Origin: Candidatus Omnitrophota bacterium
Lineage (GTDB): Bacteria > Omnitrophota > Gorgyraeia > Zapsychrales > Zapsychraceae
DNA: 64,000 bases
Assembly (NCBI GenBank): GCA_050250375.1
Contig: JBFWOS010000003.1
Location: 17,284-81,283, forward strand
Direction of reading: 5' to 3'
Below are positions 36,672-46,450 of this stretch, in pieces. Made by a program: the position numbers and the translations under genes. The notes below the pieces were generated by a model. That model was not told the origin of the DNA. It saw only the letters and a program-made list of their open reading frames with translations, and did no database searches. Every line of letters starts with the position of its first letter. Position 1 is the stretch's first letter.

Positions 36672-36704
36672 TGTTACATAACATGACATTTAATGACATG
36701 TTAA
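36672..36704. promoter_or_regulatory. operator-like cluster of ATGTTA/TAACAT half-sites
   Basis: The sequence ATGTTAcaTAACATGACATTTAATGACATGTTAA contains ATGTTA at 36672 and 36698, its complement TAACAT at 36679, a direct repeat ATGACAT-tta-ATGACAT, and outer arms TAACATG...CATGTTA. It lies in the 214 bp gap between fabV and the small HTH gene. Confidence 0.35.
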
Positions 36705-36733
36705 TCATATATTACTTAAATTTTTTTGTAATT

Positions 36734-37927
36734 TTATGACAAGGAGGGAATTTTTATATCTACTTCAATATCTGCGTCATAATCAACCCCGGGAAGCCCG
36801 AAACCGAATAGTTTCAGAAAATCTTCTTGATAACCCTCAAGATCGGCATATTCAGCCAGATTGCCCTGAGTCAACCGGCCCCAGTGTTTCGCCACAATTT
36901 GCTGAACGTCATCGCGTAATTCACGGTCATCAAGGCGAATAAATCCTGATTGGTCGACGGCAAAATCTTCTCCGGAGTAAAGATGTTCTTTGAAAAGACG
37001 ATAGATCTGCATCACACAGTCTTCTTCCAAATTTTTCTCTTTCATAACCTTGCTAAGCAAAACGAAATATAAAGGAATAAATGGAATCGCCGAGGACGAT
37101 TGAGTGACCAAGGCCTTATTCACCGAAATGAAGGCCCGGCCATTGATTTTTTTTAATCGTTCGTCCAATTTACGCGCGGTACTTTCCAAATGATCTTTGG
37201 CTTTTCCGATAGTGCCGTTTCGATAAACCCCTTGGGTCAGTTCAGGCCCTACATATGAATACGCGACCGTTTTGACTCCCCGGCTCAAAAGGTTTTCCTT
37301 TTCCAAGGCGTCAATCCAATACATCCAGTCCTCCCCCCCCATGACCGAAACCGTCTGTTCGATCTCTTCATCGGTGGCTGCCGGAAGGGTGACCACCTCA
37401 AGGATTTGAGTCTCCATATTAATGGAATTATTGGTATATTCCTTTCCAACAGGCTTCAAAACTGATTTTGCGATTTGTCCTGTCTTGGGATGTACCCGGC
37501 GTGGAGAAGCCAAACTATAGATAATCAAATCAACCGTCCCCAAATCCTTTTTGATCACTTCAACAACCTGATTCTTCAATTCATCGGAAAAAGCATCTCC
37601 ATTAAAACTCTTTACATAATATCCTTCTTTCATGGCTTTTTGCTCGACCGCAACCGTATTATAATACCCCGCCGTGGCCGTTCTTTTTCCGTCCGGTTCT
37701 TTTTCAAAAAACACTCCAACGGTGGCTGCCCCGCAACCGAAAGCCGAAACGACCCGCGAGGCAAGTCCAAAACCGGTTGACGCCCCGATAATCAATACCT
37801 TTTTGGGTCCATTTTGGATCGGCCCCTTTGATTTGACATAATCGATTTGATCCTGTACGTGCCGTCCGCATCCTTCGGGATGCGCCGTTGTACAGATAAA
37901 ACCACGTATTTTAGGCTTAACAATCAT
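36734..37927 (-). CDS. fabV: trans-2-enoyl-CoA/ACP reductase FabV
   Basis: MIVKPKIRGFICTTAHPEGC is the canonical FabV/TER N-terminus. Length 397 aa. ATG start. Confidence 0.85.
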   Translation of the reverse strand: MIVKPKIRGFICTTAHPEGCGRHVQDQIDYVKSKGPIQNGPKKVLIIGASTGFGLASRVVSAFGCGAATVGVFFEKEPDGKRTATAGYYNTVAVEQKAMKEGYYVKSFNGDAFSDELKNQVVEVIKKDLGTVDLIIYSLASPRRVHPKTGQIAKSVLKPVGKEYTNNSINMETQILEVVTLPAATDEEIEQTVSVMGGEDWMYWIDALEKENLLSRGVKTVAYSYVGPELTQGVYRNGTIGKAKDHLESTARKLDERLKKINGRAFISVNKALVTQSSSAIPFIPLYFVLLSKVMKEKNLEEDCVMQIYRLFKEHLYSGEDFAVDQSGFIRLDDRELRDDVQQIVAKHWGRLTQGNLAEYADLEGYQEDFLKLFGFGLPGVDYDADIEVDIKIPSLS

Positions 37928-37946
37928 GTTCTTCCTCTTTCCATCA

Positions 37947-39152
37947 TTAAATTTGTTGCCGTTTCAAAGCAATAACAATTCCGGATGTGGTGAGGGTAAA
38001 TCGTTTCATATCCAATTCTTTATCATATCCCACCATCATCCTAGGATGAATCCCAACCTCTTTATCAAGAATGGCATTCTTAACACGGGCGTTCTTCCCG
38101 ATCGTAACCCCCTCCATGATTACCGAATTCTGGACAACCGCCCCCGCATCAATGGTAACGTTTGAAGACAAAATGGAATTCTCAATCTGGGCCCCCTGGA
38201 TCAGACATCCGCCGGATATCAATGAATTGACAACCGAACTGGAATTCGATTTGGTGCTGGCCACTTTAATCGGCGGATATTGTTCATGAAATGTCCGTAC
38301 CGGCCAGGCCCGGTCATACAAATTAAAAGACGGTTTAGGTTTTACCAAATCCATGTTTGCTTCATAATACGCGTCCCTTGTTCCAATATCCCGCCAGTAT
38401 TTAGGCTGCCCTTTCTCATCGACAAAATTATAAACATAAATTTTCTTTTTGTTCAGCAACATCTGCGGAATGACATTCTTACCGAAATCGTGATGGGAAT
38501 CTTTTTTCCTGGAATCAATATCAAGCTCTTTGGACAGAACATTGCGGTTAAACAAATAAATCCCCATGGAAGCAAATATTTCTTTTGGACGATGTGGAAT
38601 TGTTTTCGGATGTTCGGGTTTTTCCTGAAACCCGCGGACATGATTTTCTTTATCGACTTCAATAACTCCGAACTCACGGGAAGTTTCTTTCGGCATAGGG
38701 ATGCATGCTACGGTGACGTCCGCCTTTTTCTCATAATGATAATTTACCATATGCTGGTAGTTCATTTTGTAAATATGGTCTCCCGCCAGGATAAGGATCA
38801 ATTCTGGATCACAATCCTTGATCGCGTAGCTGTTTTGGTAAATAGCATCCGCTGTACCCCGGTACCAATCATCACTGATTCTCTGCTGGGCCGGGATGAC
38901 ATCAATAAATTCCCCCAACTGGTTGGAAACAATATCCCATCCAGACAGCAAGTGCTTTTGTAAAGAAAATGACTTATACTGCGTCAGAACATAGATCCGC
39001 CTTAACCCGGAATTAATACAGTTGCTCAGCGTAAAATCAATGATCCGGTATATCCCCCCGAAAGGAACGGCTGGTTTGGTCCTGTCTCTTGTTAACGGAT
39101 CAAGCCTTTCCCCGCGGCCTCCGGCTAAAATAAAAGTTAAAATATCTCGCAT
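37947..39152 (-). CDS. glgC: glucose-1-phosphate adenylyltransferase
   Basis: ILAGGRGERLDPLTRDRTKPAVPFGGIYRIIDFTLSNCINSG is the GlgC signature. The ORF-track start at 39233 is TTG. The ATG at 39152 (MRDILTFILAGG...) has an AGGGGA ribosome-binding site. Confidence 0.85.
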   Translation of the reverse strand: MRDILTFILAGGRGERLDPLTRDRTKPAVPFGGIYRIIDFTLSNCINSGLRRIYVLTQYKSFSLQKHLLSGWDIVSNQLGEFIDVIPAQQRISDDWYRGTADAIYQNSYAIKDCDPELILILAGDHIYKMNYQHMVNYHYEKKADVTVACIPMPKETSREFGVIEVDKENHVRGFQEKPEHPKTIPHRPKEIFASMGIYLFNRNVLSKELDIDSRKKDSHHDFGKNVIPQMLLNKKKIYVYNFVDEKGQPKYWRDIGTRDAYYEANMDLVKPKPSFNLYDRAWPVRTFHEQYPPIKVASTKSNSSSVVNSLISGGCLIQGAQIENSILSSNVTIDAGAVVQNSVIMEGVTIGKNARVKNAILDKEVGIHPRMMVGYDKELDMKRFTLTTSGIVIALKRQQI

Positions 39153-39229
39153 ATTTCCCCTGATGTCTTTAATATTGTTCCGTATTATAAACTCTGTTTT
39201 TTTCTTTTTCAATACTGAATTGAGACCTG

Positions 39230-41542
39230 TCAATTTAAACTGTCTAAACTGGCTTTGAATTCGGTATTCTCCGGTTCAAGCTCTGTGGCCTTAGTCAAAT
39301 GATTCTTTGCCTGATCAATCTTGTTTAGATTCTGATAACATAGTCCGATTTTATAATGGACTTTGGCCATCTTGTTATTCTTGTCTAATGAAGCCTGGTA
39401 CATTTCGATGGCTGTTTCAAATTTTCGATCTTCAAAAACAATATCGGCAATGATCAGCGAATCCCCAATACTTTCCGGACTCATGGCCACAGCCTCTTTT
39501 AAAGCCTTTGCCGATTCTTCATACTGTCTGTTAAACGCATATGCCTTGGCGAGAAAAAAAACGGCTTTTGGATCCTCCGGCCACATTTGCCGCAGGGTGA
39601 TGTATTGATTGATTGCACCTTCATACTCGGCCATATCTAGGTACGCAAGCGCAAGGTTATAGCGGTTCTTCTTATTATGCGGATCAAACAAGGCGGCATG
39701 TCGAAAGGCCTCAAAGGCATAATGATATTGTTTTCGTTTTGTAAAAATCTTACCGACCAATTGCAAGGGATCGGCATAATTGGGTTTGATCCTTAGCGCC
39801 TCTTTAGCTTCGGCTAGGGCCGCCTCATCATAATCCATACTCTCAAGAGTAAACGCCCGAAAATTATTCTGATAAGGTTCAACATTGACCGCTCCCAGTC
39901 GAAGAAGATCAGTTCTGGGCGGAACCCAATGATTAAAATCAATCACATAGCGATCAATGATTTCTTTGTGTTCAGGAACATCTTTCAGAAAAAATATTCC
40001 ATCATAATTAAAATATACGGGAACCCAGTCTTCACTTTTATCAAGGTACCTCAACAGATCCCTGGGGATTTCTTCCCGGGAGGAATTAAGAAACGCTCCT
40101 GTTAATTCATATTTCTTAACCATCTCTTCAAAAACTGTGCTGTTTCCTTTTTCCCAGATGTCGACGTATTTTTTGAAGAAAACCCCTCCATATAATTCAG
40201 TGCGTCCATCCATAAAAACTTTTATATTTGGATAGGTCCGGCCGATTAAATACGCCCCTGAGTTAAAATCATTAAAAATATTCGCTTTGATCCCGCTTTC
40301 AATTATAAAATCTGCCACCTTATTAGGATACGCCCTCTGGGCAATCCCGCCGAACTCGCTTTTACGCTCGTATCGGTCAAAATCATAGTATCCCCGGGTT
40401 GCCATTAAGCGGCAATTTTCAAAAATAAAACATAACAAAAGAATTTTTACAAAAATGCCAGTGAGATAAATGAACTTTTTACTCTTAAACCTGATCGGAA
40501 TCACATCTTTTGCCGACAAATAATAGCAATTCGTGATAATCACCAAGTAAGCTGCAAAAGCAAAAAATGAAATATTGCGGATGGCCTTCAATGAAAATAT
40601 TAAGAAGATAATCCATAGAAACAACGCGCTGATATCAATCCGCCGCCTATTTAGAAAAAAAGTCAGGGCAGATACAATAATCATAAGTTTATAATAAGCG
40701 TACTGTCCTCCTCCCACCAGGTTGGACCACTCAATTGGAGGTCTCAACTCCTGAATATATTTAAAAAATATTTTGTCTTCACCGGAAATGGAAAAAAACA
40801 CACTAATCGGGTACAATGCCCCTTGGACAAACTGCGGATTAACCAAACAGGATAGCGTCACAAAGATCAAGGCTTTTTTCAGCCGACTGTATTCAGCGTC
40901 GTTCAAACGTCCGGATTCGTTCCATTGATACGGCAACGGGACACGCCGCTTTAACCATTCTGAAAACAGACCAATGAAGACAAAGAGCGGACCGAAAAAG
41001 AAAAACCCATGAAAATTAGACCACAAAATCTGTACTAGAACCAGAACGATCAGCGACCACCGCTTATCAATGTGCAAAGCCATAATATAGATGTAAACCG
41101 TAAAGAAAAAGAGACTGAATAAATCTGGACGGATCGTAAATCGCGACTGGTAGACAAAATAGACAAACATGAGCGCTATGGTTGTCAGAAGTTGCCGTTC
41201 GCGGCTGTATCCGATAAAGAGTAGGATCAGCATGGTCACCGTAACAACGACAATCTGCATCATCGATACGCCTTCCATCCCCCATGTCTGAAAAATGTTA
41301 TAGACCAGAACCTGAAACAGCCATTCATGGTTATTCCAGAATTTTCCTGCTGTCGAAATATTAAAAATGTCCGTCTGGGGAATTGTTCCGCTCAGAGTGA
41401 TGTATTTACCTACTCCAAGATGCAGCCACAAATCCAGGTCCTTTATCTCAACACCCGCTACAAATGCCATGAGACCGAACAAGGCCCCGATGGGTAATAG
41501 GCCAACAATGTAATTCAATCTTTTATAAAAGGTATCGCTCAT
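39230..41542 (-). CDS. large multi-pass membrane protein with C-terminal TPR repeats (second family; putative GT-C-like)
   Basis: ATG at 41542. About 12 predicted TM helices with EIKDLDLWLH in the first loop, a central soluble region (YPNIKVFMDGRTELYG), and C-terminal TPRs. Tandem paralog of 41553-43694. Confidence 0.6.
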   Translation of the reverse strand: MSDTFYKRLNYIVGLLPIGALFGLMAFVAGVEIKDLDLWLHLGVGKYITLSGTIPQTDIFNISTAGKFWNNHEWLFQVLVYNIFQTWGMEGVSMMQIVVVTVTMLILLFIGYSRERQLLTTIALMFVYFVYQSRFTIRPDLFSLFFFTVYIYIMALHIDKRWSLIVLVLVQILWSNFHGFFFFGPLFVFIGLFSEWLKRRVPLPYQWNESGRLNDAEYSRLKKALIFVTLSCLVNPQFVQGALYPISVFFSISGEDKIFFKYIQELRPPIEWSNLVGGGQYAYYKLMIIVSALTFFLNRRRIDISALFLWIIFLIFSLKAIRNISFFAFAAYLVIITNCYYLSAKDVIPIRFKSKKFIYLTGIFVKILLLCFIFENCRLMATRGYYDFDRYERKSEFGGIAQRAYPNKVADFIIESGIKANIFNDFNSGAYLIGRTYPNIKVFMDGRTELYGGVFFKKYVDIWEKGNSTVFEEMVKKYELTGAFLNSSREEIPRDLLRYLDKSEDWVPVYFNYDGIFFLKDVPEHKEIIDRYVIDFNHWVPPRTDLLRLGAVNVEPYQNNFRAFTLESMDYDEAALAEAKEALRIKPNYADPLQLVGKIFTKRKQYHYAFEAFRHAALFDPHNKKNRYNLALAYLDMAEYEGAINQYITLRQMWPEDPKAVFFLAKAYAFNRQYEESAKALKEAVAMSPESIGDSLIIADIVFEDRKFETAIEMYQASLDKNNKMAKVHYKIGLCYQNLNKIDQAKNHLTKATELEPENTEFKASLDSLN

Positions 41543-41552
41543 ATAATTCCCA

Positions 41553-43694
41553 TTATAACGTCATTTTTATTTTCAACAGCAATTCTTTGTCAGGATTTAT
41601 CTCGTCAATGATTTCCTGAACCGTAAATAAATCCCCGTCTTCTTTCGGCCATAAATCCATCGCAACATCAACTTTATCCTGCTTTGCATAAATTAACGCC
41701 GTCAAAGCCAACACCTTTGTGTTTCTCGGATTTTTCTCCAACACTCGCTGACATTGCTTTTCGGCTTCATCCAACCGTCCTAGATGGAATAGGCTGACCC
41801 CCAAATAATACCGGATTTCATTGTCCGTCAAATCCAATAACAAGGCATTTCTAAGATACATCAGGGCCTTTGAATAGTCGCCATCAAGAGTGGCTAATTT
41901 GCCTAAAATTTTTAAGGCAGTCGGATCATCCGGAGCGATCCTGTAGGCCTCCTGAGCTTCACGGCCGGCCTGATCAAACAGTTCCATGTCATAAAGGGCT
42001 AAAGCTCTTTGCGTGTGTTCATAGGGGGTAATCTTTTTGGCGGCAACGGCCGCAATATCTATTTTCGGGGTTACATAATTTGACAGATCCAAAGCGAATT
42101 GTTCAATCCATAACTTATTTTCAGGGATGTCCCGTAAGAAAATCGCGGCGTCAAAATCAAAATATACCAATACCCAGCGTGAATCCTGATAAAGCTGCCG
42201 GATCAATTTGGCCGGCGCCGGCTTCTGGATCGAGTTCAAGAACGCACCGGTAATTTTATATTTCTCAACGTATTCTTCCATGAGCTCTTTATCCCCGCGC
42301 CAAACCTTCATATAATTCTTGAAATATTCCGGCCCGTATACCTCCGTCCGCCCGTCGATGAATACTTTAATATGCGGATGTGTCCGGCCTAAAAGGTATG
42401 CCCCCGAATTAAAATCATTGAAGAAATTGCCTTTAATCTTGTTGTTGACCAGAAAATCAGCCGCTTTGTAAGGATAATTCTTTAGCGAAACACCCCCAAA
42501 TTCACTCTTGCGTTCGAGCGTGTCGAAATTAAAATACCCGCGCGTGGTCAACTGTAACCCAACGTTGATCATCCAGACGATTAAACCAATCTTGAAAATG
42601 AGTGATCCGGCTTGTTTTAATTTCTTTTTATTCAACAGATTGATTGAGAATATTTCTTTCCAATCCACATGCTGCATGTTGATAAGAATAACAAAATAGG
42701 CGACTACGGCAAAGAAAGTCATGTTCCGTAACGCATTCAAAGAAAATAAAAGAAAGATAAGCCATAAAATAAACATCCCGATATCCAGCCTGCGCAGATT
42801 AAGAAAGAAACTGCCGGCGGATAATATAATCATCCAGCGGTACGGCGGGTATTGATCCATGGAAAACAAGGTGTCCCATACGATGGGTTTTCCCAATTCT
42901 TTAATCTGTTCAAAGAATATCTTTGATTCACCAGAGAGCGACGTCAGCACACCCAAAGGATAAATTGCCCCTTTTAAAAAATAAGGATTCGCAAGACAAG
43001 CGGCCAGGACAACAAAAAAAGCGAAGCACAGTCGTTTGTACTCTTCATCCGAATACCTCCCGACTTTGCTCCAATCAAAGGGCAACCGCAAATGGCGTTT
43101 ACTCCACTCAGCTAAGACAATCAACAAAACAAGAATCGGGCCAAAAATAAAAAAACCGTGCGTGTTGACCCACAAAACCTGAAGAATAAATAAAATAAGG
43201 AGAGAACTGCGTCGGTCTATATGGACAGCCAGAGTGTATATAAAGAATATAAAATAAAGCAGACTGAACATGTCCGGACGGAGCATAATCCGCATCATGT
43301 AATTTAGCAGGACAATATTCAGCAGAAAAATGGTAAACCCTATCCTCTTTTCGTTGTACCCGATCATCAACAAAAGAACAAATGTCAGACTGACAACCAC
43401 AACCCGCATATTAATCAGGCCGTCGGCACCGAACAGTTCGTAAATAAAATGAACCGCCACCTGGAAAAGCCACTCGTGATCAATCCATGGACGGTTGTTG
43501 ATGGTAAACGAAAGGATATCGTGGTCGGGCACGCTCAGTGAGTCAACGATATAACGCCCGGTCGCGATGTGAAGCCACAAATCAACATCCTTAATTTCGA
43601 CATTGGCGGTAAATATCGTCAAACCAAACAGGACGATCAGCGCGATCCAGCCGGCATAAACATTTAATCTTTTCCAAAATGATAGTGAAAGCAT
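41553..43694 (-). CDS. large multi-pass membrane protein with C-terminal TPR repeats; paralog of 39230-41542
   Basis: ATG at 43694. Shares EIKDVDLWLH, HPHIKVFIDGRTEVYG and a C-terminal TPR array with its neighbour. Confidence 0.6.
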   Translation of the reverse strand: MLSLSFWKRLNVYAGWIALIVLFGLTIFTANVEIKDVDLWLHIATGRYIVDSLSVPDHDILSFTINNRPWIDHEWLFQVAVHFIYELFGADGLINMRVVVVSLTFVLLLMIGYNEKRIGFTIFLLNIVLLNYMMRIMLRPDMFSLLYFIFFIYTLAVHIDRRSSLLILFILQVLWVNTHGFFIFGPILVLLIVLAEWSKRHLRLPFDWSKVGRYSDEEYKRLCFAFFVVLAACLANPYFLKGAIYPLGVLTSLSGESKIFFEQIKELGKPIVWDTLFSMDQYPPYRWMIILSAGSFFLNLRRLDIGMFILWLIFLLFSLNALRNMTFFAVVAYFVILINMQHVDWKEIFSINLLNKKKLKQAGSLIFKIGLIVWMINVGLQLTTRGYFNFDTLERKSEFGGVSLKNYPYKAADFLVNNKIKGNFFNDFNSGAYLLGRTHPHIKVFIDGRTEVYGPEYFKNYMKVWRGDKELMEEYVEKYKITGAFLNSIQKPAPAKLIRQLYQDSRWVLVYFDFDAAIFLRDIPENKLWIEQFALDLSNYVTPKIDIAAVAAKKITPYEHTQRALALYDMELFDQAGREAQEAYRIAPDDPTALKILGKLATLDGDYSKALMYLRNALLLDLTDNEIRYYLGVSLFHLGRLDEAEKQCQRVLEKNPRNTKVLALTALIYAKQDKVDVAMDLWPKEDGDLFTVQEIIDEINPDKELLLKIKMTL

Positions 43695-43710
43695 AGTTTT
43701 TTAGGTGAAG

Positions 43711-44571
43711 TTATCCGATTACAAAATGGCCGTCTTGTTTTTCGATCAGTTTAGCTCCATCAGGAATCTGAATTTCATTGGCCCGGGAAACCGCTTTATA
43801 ATGGACAGCGGCCGATAACAAATCGATCGTATACGGATGAATCGGATTATTAAAAATTTCATCGGTATTTGCCAGTTCGACAATATTTCCTTTATACATG
43901 ACCGCGACCCGCTGGCTGATTTTCTTAACGACCTTCAGGTTATGAGAAATAAAGATGTATGTCAGATTAAACTGTTTCTGCAAATCCGCCAGCAATTTCA
44001 GGATCTCTTCCTGGACCAAAACATCCAGCGACGATACGGCTTCATCAAGAATCAGCAGCTTTGGATTCAGGACAAGGGCCCGCGCAATTGAAATCCGCTG
44101 ACGCTCCCCGCCGCTGAACTCATGCGGATACCGGTTGAGCATGTCCTGCGTCAAGTGGACGGCCTTAAGCATCTGCTGAATCCTCAATTCCCGCTCCTGC
44201 TGGGTCTTAAAACGTATTTTATCCAGGACCATCCCCTCATCAATAATTCTGCGGATCGTGTACCGTGGATCAAGACTGCTGTAAGGATCCTGAAAAACCA
44301 TCTGGACATTTTTGCGGTACATGGATATATATGATTTGTCCACCTTATGGCCGTCATAAATCACTTCACCGGAATTCGGCCGGATTAATTGCATGATGAT
44401 CCTGGCCAGCGTTGTCTTCCCGCAGCCTGATTCTCCAACCAGGCTGATACTTTCTCCCTCTTTTACACTGAGGTTGACCTGGTTGACCGCACGCACGACA
44501 CTTCTGGTCTTGCCGGTAAAACCGGATTTGACAGGAAATTCTTTTGAAATATTCTTTAATTCAAGCAACAT
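43711..44571 (-). CDS. oppF: oligopeptide/dipeptide ABC transporter ATP-binding protein (OppF/DppF type)
   Basis: Walker A (LVGESGCGKTT), ABC signature (FSGGERQRISIARAL) and Walker B (LLILDEAVSSLD). Confidence 0.8.
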   Translation of the reverse strand: MLLELKNISKEFPVKSGFTGKTRSVVRAVNQVNLSVKEGESISLVGESGCGKTTLARIIMQLIRPNSGEVIYDGHKVDKSYISMYRKNVQMVFQDPYSSLDPRYTIRRIIDEGMVLDKIRFKTQQERELRIQQMLKAVHLTQDMLNRYPHEFSGGERQRISIARALVLNPKLLILDEAVSSLDVLVQEEILKLLADLQKQFNLTYIFISHNLKVVKKISQRVAVMYKGNIVELANTDEIFNNPIHPYTIDLLSAAVHYKAVSRANEIQIPDGAKLIEKQDGHFVIG

Positions 44572-44572
44572 G

Positions 44573-45349
44573 TTAAATTTTGACAGTCCCTAACAATTTT
44601 TTGGTATATTCATGTTTTGGTTCGGCTATAATCTTTGCCGACTCATCAAACTCAACGATCTTGCCTTCGGTCATAACCGCCACCCGGTCACATAAATGGC
44701 CCACCATCCCCAGATCATGGGTGATCAGTAAAATGGACAGTTTTAATTCGTCACAGATCTTTTTGAACAAATCAATAATCCTGGCCTGCAGGGTCACATC
44801 CAGACTGCTGGTCGGTTCGTCCGCGATAATCAGCTTTGGATCGGCCGCGATCGCCTGGGCAATCATCGCCCTTTGCCGCATCCCTCCGCTTAACTGGTGA
44901 GGATAATTTTTAATAATCCGGTTTGGATCAGGCAGGCCGACCATATCCAGCAATTCCATAATCCTCTTTTGACGCTGGTCCCAGTTTAAATCTGTATGGA
45001 ACTGGAGCATTTCGTCGATTTGATACCCGATGCTGAAAACGGGATTAAACGCGTTGAGTGGCTCCTGAAATATCATGCTGATCCGGCCGCCGCGAATAGC
45101 CCGCATTTCATCTTCAGAGCATTTCATCAGATTCTTTCCTTGAAAAAATATTTCTCCGGAAGTAATCCTCAAAGCAGGATCCAAAAGCCCTAAAATCGAA
45201 TACCCGGTTGTTGTCTTCCCGCTGCCTGATCCACCGACAAGTCCGACAATCTCCGATTCCCCAATATCAAAAACCACATCATCCACAATCTTATGCTGTC
45301 CGGTACGATCCAGGCAAACGGTCAGATTCTTTACGCTTAACAGATTCAT
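44573..45349 (-). CDS. oppD: oligopeptide/dipeptide ABC transporter ATP-binding protein (OppD/DppD type)
   Basis: Walker A (GGSGSGKTT), signature (LSGGMRQRAMIAQAIA) and Walker B (LIIADEPTSSLD). Confidence 0.8.
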   Translation of the reverse strand: MNLLSVKNLTVCLDRTGQHKIVDDVVFDIGESEIVGLVGGSGSGKTTTGYSILGLLDPALRITSGEIFFQGKNLMKCSEDEMRAIRGGRISMIFQEPLNAFNPVFSIGYQIDEMLQFHTDLNWDQRQKRIMELLDMVGLPDPNRIIKNYPHQLSGGMRQRAMIAQAIAADPKLIIADEPTSSLDVTLQARIIDLFKKICDELKLSILLITHDLGMVGHLCDRVAVMTEGKIVEFDESAKIIAEPKHEYTKKLLGTVKI

Positions 45350-46450
45350 TTATTTTTGTCCTTCGGATTTTAACATCGGGTCTAACGCGTCCCTTAACGC
45401 GTCACCGATCACATTAAAACTGATAACCGTCAGAAAAATAAAAAACCCCGGGATCAGGATCCATGGATAAAACTTGATCCGCACAATACTCATGGCGTCC
45501 GACAGCAGATTGCCCCAGCTGGCAAAAGGGTCCTGAATGCCCAATCCGATTAAACTCAACGCCGATTCTCCGAGGATATATCCGGGAATGGATAACATCA
45601 CCGCGAAAATGGAATAAGATAGTGTGTGCGGCAATATGTGACGGATAATAATTTTCAGGTCGGATAGCCCTATGCTTTTCGCCGCCAGCACAAATTCCCG
45701 TTCCCTTAAAGACAGGCACATCCCGCGAATGATGCGGGCCAATCCCGCCCAGCCGATAAATGACAAAATGACAATGATCGCAAAATACACCTGGACCGAA
45801 TTAAACTCAGGCGGGACAGCCGCCCGCAGGGCCAGCAGTAAATAAAATCCCGGAACCATCATCACCATTTCTGACAAACGCATCAGAAAATTATCGACCC
45901 TGCCCCCGTAATATCCCGAAATACCGCCGACCAGCAATCCGATAGAGAATGAAATTAAGACACCGATCAATCCGATGGACAAAGAAACCCTCCCCCCGAA
46001 TAAAATCCTGGAAAACAGGTCCCGCCCTCTTGAATCCGCCCCCATCAAATAGACCCTGCCCTCATCGGCCACGCCCCACAAATGAATATTAGCCGGAATA
46101 AAACCCAGTAGTTTGTATGAATCCCCTTTGTTAAAAAAAACGATCGGATATTTGACTGAATGATCATCCTTATATATCCTCTGGTGATATTGATCAAAAG
46201 TCAATTTGATTCCGTAAACAAACGGCCACGAGAACTTACCTTGATCAAAAAAATGGATCCGGGTCGGAGGACAATACGAATTTTGCCTGACCTCATTCTT
46301 ATAAGAATAGGGTGAAAGAAAATCAGCGAAGGCAGCCCCGAAATATAACAGGCCTAAGATTACGACGCATAAAACTGCCAGGCGGTTTTTCTTGAAAGTC
46401 CGCATGGCAATCTGAAATTCACTGATTGAATTCTGGTTTTTATCAGTCAT
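45350..46450 (-). CDS. oppC: peptide ABC transporter permease (OppC/DppC type)
   Basis: Binding-protein-dependent permease fold with an EAA-like motif region (AAKSIGLSDLKIIIRHILP). The ORF-track start at 46468 is TTG. The ATG at 46450 overlaps the oppB stop by 8 nt. Confidence 0.8.
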   Translation of the reverse strand: MTDKNQNSISEFQIAMRTFKKNRLAVLCVVILGLLYFGAAFADFLSPYSYKNEVRQNSYCPPTRIHFFDQGKFSWPFVYGIKLTFDQYHQRIYKDDHSVKYPIVFFNKGDSYKLLGFIPANIHLWGVADEGRVYLMGADSRGRDLFSRILFGGRVSLSIGLIGVLISFSIGLLVGGISGYYGGRVDNFLMRLSEMVMMVPGFYLLLALRAAVPPEFNSVQVYFAIIVILSFIGWAGLARIIRGMCLSLREREFVLAAKSIGLSDLKIIIRHILPHTLSYSIFAVMLSIPGYILGESALSLIGLGIQDPFASWGNLLSDAMSIVRIKFYPWILIPGFFIFLTVISFNVIGDALRDALDPMLKSEGQK

